Shown piece by piece: positions 37,335-48,456 of a stretch of 50,097 nt of DNA. This DNA comes from Girardia tigrina (Eukaryota). Under the pieces are notes generated by a model. The model searched no databases and had not been told where the DNA came from. It saw only the letters and a list, made by a program, of their open reading frames with translations. Both the position numbers and the translations under genes were made by a program. The stretch spans positions 1 to 50,097 of the forward strand of contig MQRK01193996.1 of NCBI GenBank assembly GCA_001938485.1, read 5' to 3'. The stretch's first letter is position 1. Each line of letters opens with the position of its first letter.

Positions 37335-37554
37335 CTTTTGGTACTAATTTAGGTATATCCATACCGTTGCTTTTCAAAATGTCCAGGAGTTCATAGCGGA
37401 AGGCACTAATATCACCCTTTATTTCATTGATATCATCTTCCGTTACTTCTTGTTTATCTTCCTTTTTCTGTCGTAACATTAGGTATCTCATTACAAGATT
37501 TTCCATCACTTTTTGGTATCGCTGTTCCATTTCATTGACTTTGGTGACGATTTT
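37335..37554 (-). CDS. TRPC: Internal coding exon of a canonical TRP (TRPC / TRP-gamma-like) cation channel, C-terminal coiled-coil region
   Basis: KIVTKVNEMEQRYQKVMENLVMRYLMLRQKKEDKQEVTEDDINEIKGDISAFRYELLDILKSNGM matches the TRPC motif YQxxMxxLVxRY...TEDDxNEIKxDISxFRxEL. Acceptor ATTTTCCAG, donor AAAG|GTGAGT; 220 bp, phase 0 to phase 1, no stops. The symbol is family-level only. Confidence 0.93.
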
Positions 37555-38139
37555 CTGGAAAATATAATGTATAATAATCATAATTATTGATTATTGTAAA
37601 TTATATTTAATATTTATGTAAGTTTACATTTCACAGAACCTTATCTATTATATTTTTATTAGTTTATTTCCCAACAACATTATATAAATAAATAAATCTT
37701 ATGGACTTTCAAACAGTTAAAAACAACACAATTAAAGGCCTTTATATTCAATCCAGCTTTAATATTTAAAAAATAAATAAATTTAACTTTATATTCAATA
37801 TTATTTTATGCAATAAACAAGTTGTACATTTCTATCTACAAAAAAGTTAAATCCGGGCTCCCTCCTTTGTAGGAGAGTTAGAAACTTTAAAATGAGTGTT
37901 ATGTAATTCATAATAGGCACTAAAGATTTTATTATTTCTCCTTTGAAATATATTATTAATACAGAAGAATTAAAACAAAATAAATAGAATATTTTAAAAT
38001 ACTTGATAAAATTATAATGCAAAATATATAAAATTGTGTATGAATGTGGTGCGTTGATTTGAGTGTGTTGAAATTTGAATTGTGATTCTCACATCCTGTT
38101 GGAAAATTGATATTTTATTGTATATCAATTAGCTTGGGA

Positions 38140-39100
38140 GGAGTGCAAAAGTGGTAACACTCCTCAAGGGAAAGAGTGCAAGGTCTGATCCGAATTATTA
38201 TAGAGGGATCTTCTTCTTGAATGTCACTGGCAAAGTATTTGCTTAAATAATTGTAAATAGAATGACGCCGGCGATGGATGAAAGGTTAGACCCTTGGCAG
38301 TTTGGTTTTCGGCCGAAAAGATGTATTATGCAAGCTATAATTATACTCAGGTGGATGCAGGAAAAAGATCGATTTAAGAACCAGAAGGTATTTGTGATAT
38401 TCATCGATTTGGAAAAGGCATTTGATGGTGTCCCACGTGAAGTTCTGTGGACCTGCCTGAAAAGATTCGGCTTGAACGACAAGATTCTCTACCTGATCAA
38501 GGAATTCTATGAGAGCTTTATTGCCTCTGTGGAAGATTGTGAGTTTCTCATGGAAAGAGGTATCAGACAGGGATGTGTGATGGGACCTTGTCTTTTTAAC
38601 TTGGTCTTCAATGAAGTTATCAAAATGGCGATACTGAAAAGATTCGGGGGAGGAATTACCCTGATCGACGAGCATGGTGAAGAATTTCAAGTCAATAGAC
38701 TTAATTATGTGGATGATCTATGTATCTTCGACTCTGATATTGATCGTGCAAGTAAAAACCTTGATATACTTAGAAGCACATTTTCAGAATTCGGGTTGAC
38801 TAATAGTGCATCTAAGACGAAAGTCTTGTGCCTAACTGATGATTCGGGGACTGGAATATCGCAAGTAATGTGTGGTGACAAAGTCATAGAATGGGTGAGT
38901 AAGTTCTACAACCTCGGCAGTATATTGACCACATGTGGTAACTGAAGTCGGAATATCGGTCAGCTGTTGCGTTGTGGAATGAGTAAGTTACGCGAATCGC
39001 AGTCTGAGATTCAAAGTAACCGAGTTCCTATAGTGCTGAAAGGAAGAATAATTGTATGGAGCATTTTTCCGACAGCGTATTATGGGAGTGAGTGAGATAC
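38140..39100 (+). mobile_element. RTE-clade LINE reverse transcriptase fragment
   Basis: NYYRGIFFLNVTGKVFA*...QFGFRP...FIDLEKAFD...GIRQGCVMGPCLFN...YVDDL...KTKVL...FYNLGS. Confidence 0.93.
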
Positions 39101-40163
39101 TGATGTGTACCAAGAAGTTATTTATATCAACTTTTTCGAACCAATATGACGGATCTGGTGGCTTTTCTGCATCTTCAACAACAGTCAAAGTTGCAGGACC
39201 ATCCCGTCAATTTTTATGTTAGTTTTTTTTTGCATATTTTTTTATTTTTTGGAGCCACAAATCATGAAAACACACTGGAAGCATCCGAGAATAAGTCACT
39301 ATCAATGTTTTCTTTTGTTAGGTCGACCGGTGACACCGTAAATATAAGTCCAAGACTACCATCAAGGTCAACCGGATTGGAAAATCAGGCGACGACAGTT
39401 ACTCGACTCTCGGTCCTTCTGGATCCAGTAATCGTAGCAGCATTGTCACATTTACCAGCAATAGTCGGCAGAACCGATCTGGTCACATCATTAGACAGAG
39501 TCATTTATCTCTATATCATCATTGCTATTTTTATTTTTTTATATTGACAGTTTTTTTGATAGTGTTCTCAGAGGCAACTTTAATGTCATTCATCGAAAAT
39601 AAATTTTTGACAATTGCATAGTTTGATGAAGTGATTTTATGTTCTTTGACAATATTTTGTAACCTAATCTTTAGATTAACATCAGCATCTCTAAGTCCAA
39701 GTTAATAAAAAGAATGGAATAAATAAGTACCTAATAAAATACTATTTAAAAATTAATTCGGATTTTAAAGACATCATTTCAAAAAGTAATTTCTCACGAT
39801 CTTTAAAACTCAGTTTTTTATACTTACCTCAAACGACAAAACAAAGTGAAAAAGAAAATCATAGATGAATTAACATTTTCATCTGAGGTAATAAAAGCTT
39901 CCAATAATGACGAACGAGAAAGTATTGTGAAAACCCTTAAAGTATATTTATCTTGATCATATCTTTTACGTATAGCAATCATCCCAAAATCATAAATACT
40001 CGACTGTCAAAATAAAGGATGTCTGATATACAAAGAATGACAGGAAAGTAACTTAACAGTATATTAAAACTTTATTTGAAAGTAGTTTATACAGAATATT
40101 TTTAATTACTAAATACTTAACATTCAGTTGTTCAAATGAAGTATTGAAAGTTTGAATCCCTAG

Positions 40164-40502
40164 TGTGATACTGATTTTTCTTCTAAATAGTATAAGGGAT
40201 AAGGGAGTGTTTCATTACCCATTTCGTAGTTGCATTAAGTGCGTTTATACAACCAAAAGCCTTCAGATTCACGGAGCGACGGAACATGGCTGGCCATTTT
40301 TGAGAGAGAAGCCGAAGCCGTGTATTGAAAAAGCGCACTCTTGCATCCGCAGCCGTGTAAGAGAATACAAAAATTTATATTTGACAAATGATTTCTACCC
40401 GATACAGAGTCTATGATTCATTAGCCTGTAAGACTATGCTGAATTTTATTTGTAATAAACAGTTATCCGTCCCAGTCTTGGGAGGTTTAATCTTATAATA
40501 CA
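40164..40502 (+). mobile_element. Putative LTR (solo or remnant)
   Basis: GC-richer 339-bp block bounded by TGTGATA...TAATACA, with AATAAA near 40454 and close to Gypsy RT. No clear target duplication. Confidence 0.45.
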
Positions 40503-40944
40503 CAAATAAGCACGTCTAACATGTTTTTGATAACGTTTGTTCGTTCAGTTTGGGATATAATTAATTTCATTAAAAATATTTGTTTAATAATAAAAATCGC
40601 ATACGAAATGGTTGAATGATCTGGAAAGTTCCAAATTTCTAGAATATACGTTAGTTTATGTGGACATCTTAGTATAATCTCTTGTATATGTTTCATATTT
40701 TTTATTTAACTGGTTACATGAGTATCCCAAACAAGAAATTAGTTTAACATGTTAACTAATTCAAAAGAAGAATACACTCTATTGATATTGTAGCCTGGGC
40801 AATGATGGTAAATTCTAGTTACGGACATAGAATAAAACTAAAGAAGGAAACTATAGATTCAAGTGATATATGGATGATTAGAGAGAGTCTAACAGATTAT
40901 GGCAGACTAAAGAGAATTAAAGAACCAAAGTCGACAACCAACTA

Positions 40945-41290
40945 ATGAGACTATTTACAGAATATAAATCAATATTCATGGCTGACAAGTGGGATGTTGG
41001 GAAAACTTCCTTAACGATACACAAAATAGAAACTCGAGGAGAACCAGTCTTAGTGAAGCCTTATCGACTACCACAACATTTTGAAGAGAAACTAGAGGAT
41101 GTCATTAGAAATTTTAAAGAAAACGGTATAATTGAAAAGTGTAGTTCTCCATGGAACTTCCGTCTGGTGTGTGTATGAAAAAAAGAGAAACAAGACATCC
41201 GAGTATGTGTCGATTTTCGACAGTTAAATAAAATTACGGTAAGAACAGCATTTCCCATGCTAAATGATGATGGCATGTTAAACACGTTAC
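40945..41290 (+). mobile_element. Gypsy/Ty3 reverse transcriptase N-terminal fragment
   Basis: HKIETRGEPVLVKPYRLP...GIIEKCSSPWNFRLVCV*KKEKQDIRVCVDFRQLNKITVRTAFPM. Confidence 0.92.
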
Positions 41291-42050
41291 AAGATGATCA
41301 TTACAAAACGTATCAGATTATGTGATCCTTGCAGCAGCTATGGATTTTAGAATAAAGTCAATGATAAAGCTTTTAAGTAATAATAAATATATTTTCTTTT
41401 AATTTCACTTTTGATTTTCATTAAATTATTTAGTTCATAGAAAAACCCTTTAATCAAAAAATTACATATTTTAGGTAATAATTTTATAATATAAATAAGA
41501 ATTAAATATTAAAAAAAAGAAAATATTTTAAACATATTTTAATTATCGATTAAAATGACTTTTTAGTTTTTAGTTTAATAAAATTAATTTTTAATTAAAT
41601 AAAAATATTCATTATTTTCTAAATAAAATGTTAAGTTAAATTTTGGTTGATAATTAGTTTAATAATGTTACATTTGAAAGAAAATAAAACGTTTTTCCCG
41701 ATTTTTGCATGACAAAAGAAAATATTTTTTAAATCGATATTTTGAGGCCAGTTTTTCCAAGAAAAAATAATTAGAAATTATTTATTTTTTTATTAAAGTA
41801 GAAGAATAAAATTTATTGATTTTACTTAATTAATCAATAAATTATGGAATTATATGGAATTAGAAGAAGTTTTGATTTTACTTATAAATTATTTTAAATA
41901 ATTATGATATTTTTTAATTTAATTTTGAATCAAAATTATTTTATTATTATAATAACTGTTTCTTCTTCATTTCTGTTTTTAAGTTGTATTCTTTCTTTTA
42001 TTGAACAGAAATTTAATGATTGGGTAAATAAAGTATGTAATAACCTATCT

Positions 42051-42091
<41 letters not shown>

Positions 42092-42162
42092 NNNNNNNNN
42101 NNNNNNNNNNNNNNNNNNNNNNNNNNNNNNNNNNNNNNNNNATATATATATATATATATATA

Positions 42163-42562
42163 ACGGATAACATGAAATAGTAGGACACCTACTATTTTAA
42201 TAGTAGGTGGAAAAAAAATTGAAAAGCCGCCCAATATTGGTTTACACCTACTATTTGGTGATTTTGTTTTGAACTTGTTTTAAACTTGAAAAATAAATAA
42301 GAATTAAACTGGAAAAATAAGAATTTATTCATCATAGATAATAAAAGCATCATCAGTTAATATTTCTTCACTATCACTGTGATCAGTTTCTTTTTGGGAT
42401 TGCGACAAATACTTTTTTACAAAACGTTCACCATACACATCATTTAAAAACGATACACCTACTATTTGATTCCACCTACTATTTTAATAGTAGGTGGAAA
42501 ATTTTTTGAAAACTTCATTACACCTACTATTTCATGTCCACCTACTATTTGATGTTATCCGT
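42163..42562. mobile_element. 400-bp MITE with TA flanks and repeated CACCTACTATT motifs
   Basis: TA|ACGGATAACATGAAATAGTAGG ... CCTACTATTTGATGTTATCCGT|TA. The internal palindrome CACCTACTATTTTAATAGTAGGTG occurs twice. Confidence 0.88.
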
Positions 42563-43307
42563 TAGTTATTTACGACATCAATGAGTTTTACAACATTTTT
42601 TAATATTACAAGCGCCTTCACTATTGGATATTTTTCTTGATCAATATATTTCTGAATTCAAACTTGTTATTTTCAATAAATGGAAATCTTTGAATAAAAA
42701 TTATTAATTATAAATTAAATTAAATCTAAACATTTTTTAAAAAGTACATATTAAATTAATATATTAAAATTTTAAATTACATTAAAAATTAAATAATACA
42801 TTCAAAAATTATTTTAAATCTTTTTAGTTTAAAATTAAATTCAATTATTTTTAATTAGTAAGAATCAAAGAAAATACCAATCATCCATCTGGGTAGGAGG
42901 GGCACAATCCGAATCAACACACAACATGTATATTAGAAATTTTAAATGCTAGGAAAATTTTTGAAAGAAGATTAAATTAAATATGCACAAATTAAAATTT
43001 ATATATCATTAAATGTGTTACGTTTGAAACAATAAATTACTAAAATTATGAAGATCTAATTAAATTGTTAATAATTAAAAAATTTTGAGTTAAATTATAA
43101 TATAAAAATTAAAATGTATAATTTTTATATGTTGCATGATTTCTAAAATTAATTTATAAAAGTAATAAAATAAAATCAAATATGAATATTTATAAGCATT
43201 TTTATTTATACCGGTTTAAGGTTTATAAAATAAATTGTTTCTCAAAAAAATAATAAGTTTGTTTAAATATTAGATTTAAATTTGGTGTTGTATTAATAAA
43301 AGTTTTG

Positions 43308-44150
43308 ATGTCTGAAATAACTCAGAATAATAATTCCGACGACGTTCCTAGAACCTCTAATATGGGGGTCTTTGCCACAAACTCGGACCAGCTAATTTCT
43401 AGATTAATTCCGGAGCATTTTAAACTGGATGACGATGTCGAAGTATTTATTACGAGCTATAATAGATATTTTAAAGCAGCAGGAGTACCCGATAATTTAA
43501 AAGAGACAATGGTGGTGACTTTGCTTTCGCGGAAGTTAATCTAGGTATACGAAAACACGAGATCTTTAGAAAGAGGTTTTGAAAACCGGTTACGAGAAGC
43601 GTTTTAAAAGAAAAGATCCCAAATGGATGTTCTAAGAGAAGCCGTAGAATTTCAAAGTACAACGGAGACGCCTGCAAAATTTTTTGCTAAAGCAAAGAAG
43701 ATGGCTGAGGTGATAGTATTATTCCAATGGACAGTCAAAGAAGTGGAATAATGCATGTTATTAAATTGTTATAACGATAACGAAACAAAGAAAGAAATAA
43801 AAATGAGGGATATCCAAGAAAAAGAAGAGATAAAGAAAATTATCAAAAAGATGGAGGAAGTCAAGTCAGAAATAAAACAGGTCAATGCCATAAGACCATC
43901 TTATGCCAGCGCGGTACAGCGTAACAAGCTAGTAAACAATATAGTTCCGATAAGAAATGGATCGAATAGAGAACAGAAAACCTGCTGGAATTGTAATGAA
44001 GTAGGCCACGTGAAAGCCCAATGCCTGAAGAAGCGTGAAGTGATATGTTTCGGATGTGGTCAAAAAGGCCACATCAGACGCGAATGTCATGTACAATGTA
44101 AAAGATGTCAAAGACCAGGCCATAGAGCGGAGGAATGTTATACCAAAATT
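43308..44150 (+). mobile_element. Gypsy-type gag pseudogene with three CCHC zinc knuckles
   Basis: CWNCNEVGHVKAQC, CFGCGQKGHIRREC, CKRCQRPGHRAEEC. The N-terminal part (PEHFKLDDDVEVFITSYNRYF) is separated by stops and frameshifts. Confidence 0.85.
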
Positions 44151-44561
44151 CGAGATAACATATTATTCATATCTAATGATCCTTCGATTTCTTTCTTAGA
44201 TCCATCAGGAGAAGCCAAACTCTAATTTTTCGAAAAATCTTTCAAAAGTATTTTATCTACTGTTTCCTTTATTAATTTTTCTAGAAAAGATTTAGAATAA
44301 CTGTAGTGTACCCACTACTTCACAAAATCAAACATATTGCGTCGCGTATTGTGTTTGCGTATTCGTCCTGTTGTTGTTTGTTATTTGTGTATTGATTGTT
44401 GACGCCACTGTTCGGGGTCAGTGTGAGTGTACTGGTCTGTGAATATTACTGTTTTCGATANNNNNNNNNNNNNNNNNNNNNNNNNNNNNNNNNNNNNNNN
44501 NNNNNNNNNNNNNNNNNNNNNNNNNNNNNNNNNNNNNNNNNNNNNNNNNNNNNNNNNNNAA

Positions 44562-44856
44562 AACGATAAATTTTTCGTTATAGTTGTTCCACATAGTCAC
44601 CAGGATGCAGGATGGATAAAAAGCTTTGATGAGTATTACTTTGAAGATTCTTAAAATATTCTAAATATGTTGGATTTTTTAACTACTGAATCCCATATGA
44701 CATTTGTTTATGCTAAAATAATCTTATTTGAAAAATGGTGCAATTCGATTAATGAAGATCGCAAAAAAATAACAAGTTAAAAGACTGTTAAATAACAAAC
44801 AATTGGAGATAGTAACTTGTGGTTGAGTCATGACAGACGAAGCAAACACTCATTAA
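44562..44856 (+). pseudogene. Disabled fragment of Golgi alpha-mannosidase II (glycoside hydrolase family 38, N-terminal domain)
   Basis: VIVVPHSHQDAGWIKSFDEYY...*NILN...MTFVYAKI.LFEKW...[frameshift]VKRLLNNKQLEIVTCG*VMTDEANTH*. It is collinear with the GH38 motifs VVPHSHNDPGW, FIWAE, GQLEFVTGGWVMPDEA and carries three stops and one frameshift. Confidence 0.9.
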
Positions 44857-45169
44857 TTTTCAAGATTAAAAATCGATTAATATTATTGATTACAATATTA
44901 AAGATATAAATACGGATTTACTGCTATGTATTGCGAGCATTATTTTTTTNNNNNNNNNNNNNNNNNNNNNNNNNNNNNNNNNNNNNNNNNNNNNNNNNNN
45001 NNNNTGTTGTTTGTTTTTTTCTTGACTTGGCTGTTTTATTTAATTATTTAAGTTCGACTTTCATAAGAATTAATCTCACCCAATTTCCTTTAGAACTCTA
45101 TTGGGTTAGATTAATTTTATTCTTTTGTATTGCTATTAGAGATAAAAATACTGCGAACTGAGAATATCA

Positions 45170-45417
45170 GATCTAGTATTTTTACAATAACCATTCTTAT
45201 TTAACAACGAACTTAGTTTATTAACACTTTCTACAGATTTAACAAAAGTGGAAGACAACGACCAGTAGTGATAAATTAAACCTTTAATCATGTTTCTGTT
45301 ATACTTAAGTTCACAAAAACTATCTGGTGAAGTATATAAACCTGTATCAGTTTGCTTCCTATAAATTCCAGTATCGTAACTAAGAGATTTTCTTTCAACC
45401 AAAAGATCCAGAAAAGA
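45170..45417 (-). mobile_element. Penelope-like element RT C-terminal (thumb) fragment
   Basis: FLDLLVERKSLSYDTGIYRKQTDTGLY...MIKGLIY...LLNKNGY, matching the PLE FLD...YRKPT...NGYP pattern. Confidence 0.88.
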
Positions 45418-45458
45418 TCACCTGTATTTATATACAGGTGAATTGATTATTAATTAGT

Positions 45459-45497
45459 GACCTGAAGATAACGGTAGATCCATCGAAATATATTGTC
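45459..45497 (+). ncRNA. Second-family minimal hammerhead ribozyme with a degenerate stem II
   Basis: GAC-CUGAAGA-U-AACGG-UAGAU-CCAUC-GAAA-UAUA-UU-GUC: intact core, stem I GAC/GUC and a palindromic UAUA, but two mismatches in stem II. Confidence 0.65.
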
Positions 45498-46055
45498 TTA
45501 AAATATATTTTTTAATGGATGACTTTGGTTAATAATAATAATAATAGTTTTTTTGACAAAGTTAATAAATTAAATCTAAATTATACAAATTCAAACATTC
45601 CAACATAAAAACATCGGAGGCTCATGAAAGAAAGAATTATAAAGTTTTTGAACGAGGATATCAGGTTGTTATTATGATTCAATTCAATTTTTAATAACAT
45701 ATTACAAAAAAAGCGAAACGGTTTGGTTGTGACGGAATTCCAACACTAACTCACTAAAGGAAATTCTTGCTCGATTTTCGAACACGAATTAACAGCGATA
45801 CCGCAAATAAAAAAGATTTTGTTATTAATACTTTTCTCTAAAGAATACGAGACTCTGGCTTCCGATATTCATAAATCAATTTTACATTTGGCTTATGATA
45901 AATATTAAATTTTCTATTATACTTTGTTGGGAAATATTATAAAATAGTAATAATTATGCAAATGTCTTTGCATTTACATAAATGTATCTTGAGTAATGTA
46001 ATATAATGTTTCAATTATTTCTTTATTATATATTTCTTTATTATATCTTTATTTC

Positions 46056-46101
<46 letters not shown>

Positions 46102-48456
46102 CAAAGTAAAATCGATATAAAAGGAATAAGAAAAGAGGATACGTTTTGAGGAAACAATATCATCATCAGGTCAACTCACACCATGTAATTAACTAGTAGA
46201 CAAAAAATAGATTTATTAATAAAGTAAATATTAATTCTTAAATTTTAAATTACAATATAATTGCTTTAAGACCAAATGAAAATAAAATTTTCGATAAAAA
46301 AAAGATTAAATCAAAACAACTGAAAATATAGTTTTCAATTTTTAAGAAATATAACTTATTTTTATTTTAAAAAGTGTATTTTAAAATGGAAAGGTAATTT
46401 AAAAGTTGTTTAATTGAAATAAAAACGTAATTATTATTGAAAATATTGTGATAATGACAATTAATTAATAATAAAAATTAATTATTGTTGTTTAAATATA
46501 CGGATTTTAGGAGAAAATTAAAAATACGTGAAAGTTCATGACAAATAGATTTTAGTCTCAATTGTCTTATTTTCTAATTACAAATATAACTTTATTTTAT
46601 CTAAAAAAGAGGTTATTTAAAAGTTGTTTAATTAAACGAAAATTGCGATTTTATTTTTAAAACGTTATCTTATGAAATCTAAAAATTATTTTTAAGCGAC
46701 TATGAAAACGAAAAGAAAATGTTATTTTATAGAATGGGGAAATGTAATTGAGACACGGTTAAATTTAAATGTATAATAAAACGGAAATTTAATAAAAGAT
46801 GCAACAAAATCTTTGTGACAAAATTTTAATAAAATAACTATAATTTTAACAAAAAAAAGTATAAAATTTAAATTCTTAATTAATTAAAAATATCTATATA
46901 ATGCAGTCCATGACACAGCTGGAATCAACCGCATCCCAAACCACTCGAGTGTGAAGAGCGAGTTTTGACCCAGATCGGGTGTCTCTTCGGTTCTATGTAA
47001 TCGTCCCGATGTCTCCGCAGACTCTCCACCGAGATCCGTCCTAGCGTTGTGACGATCACGACGTTCAATTGATTAGAGTGACAAAGGGGTTGCTCAGTCC
47101 ATACCGCGCTCGATAGCAGTCATGACAGTGATATTGCACTCCGTGAGCCCTAGTTCAAGAAAATTCGTGAAACGAGCATTCGTGTTACTTCCGGGTGGTG
47201 GAGAAGGTTGTTGATCTAAAGGAGTTTCATTCTGTTTTCTCTGTTTCCTTTTTTTACTTTCTTTTTCTGTGTTCAATATGTTTTAACGATGAAACATGAA
47301 CGAGCAAAAACTTTTATTGACATTCGAATTTGTGTAGCTTTCTACATTCCTTAAAACAATTTTCGAAAATTTCTTATTAAACCCATTTTGAGTTTTTTGT
47401 CATAATGAATTTTTTTAACTGAAATTGCCGCGACCACCACAATTACATTTAAGTTTAACAAAGAACTAAATTACATATAAAAATTAAAAATTTTAATAAG
47501 TTTTTATCAAGAATTAAAATTTCTTTTTAAATTTGATTTAGAAAAAAAATTGATAAAAATTGTTCTAATGAATTGATAAATTGCGATTTATTCGACATTA
47601 TAAATATCTGTCATGTTTAATTGGTTTCTTTATAAAAATAATTTACTGATAAAAAGAAATTATTTATTAAATTTTTTATTTAATTTTCATTTCCAATATT
47701 TCCAATTTTTAATAAAATTTATATTATTTTTGGAAAATGTCAATACGATTTTTTTAATTAAACACTAAAAAAAATTAATTTAGCAAAAATTTTCCAAATA
47801 ATTGATTAATGAATTTTTGCTTTTTATTAGCAAGATTTTTTTTGCATTAATATTGTCGACTATCTGGGGAATGATCAAGATAGGTAGAAATATTTAATTA
47901 TATTCCCCAAAAATAAATTCTACTAGAAAAATAAAAGAAATTAAAGAAAAAATACCGTTATTCAAAAATATTAAAAAAATAAATACAAGAGCTTAATTAA
48001 TTTATTTATTTGGTTTTTACAGGATTTTTATTAATTAACTACAATTTGTATCGAAATTTTTAATTAAATTAATTTATTGTTTGAAAAAAGACAATATTTA
48101 TGTTTCTTAATTATTTTTTTACGAAATAAAAATTTTGAAAGAAAATAACAGTTATAATTTGAATTATTAATTTGAATATTTTGTAAAAATGCGTTTTTCA
48201 ACTGAATAGGTAATTTTAAAAAATTTAGACAAAGAAAACACTTTTAAAATAAACATTAAAAAATATTATTATTGTTCCAACTTATTTCCAGGTTTCCCCG
48301 AATACCGGACAGTAACAATAAAGATATGACGCTCTGGAATTTTGTGCTAGGCCCATTTTTATTTAATGGATTAATTATCTTTTTAGAAAGCTTTTATGTA
48401 GGCTTTTGTAAGCTTTGTCGAAAGATTCCAACTAAGGTTTACTACAAAAATATATA

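Noticed and set aside
39146-39547. 133-aa plus-strand ORF with a hydrophobic end
   Set aside because: No recognisable domain, it begins inside LINE debris, and the hydrophobic stretches come from T-runs.
44562-44856. Alternative genetic code (TGA=Trp, TAA=Tyr as in flatworm mitochondria) making the GH38 fragment intact
   Set aside because: There is also a frameshift and a TAA at a non-Tyr position. All stops are single-base changes, and the gene is nuclear.
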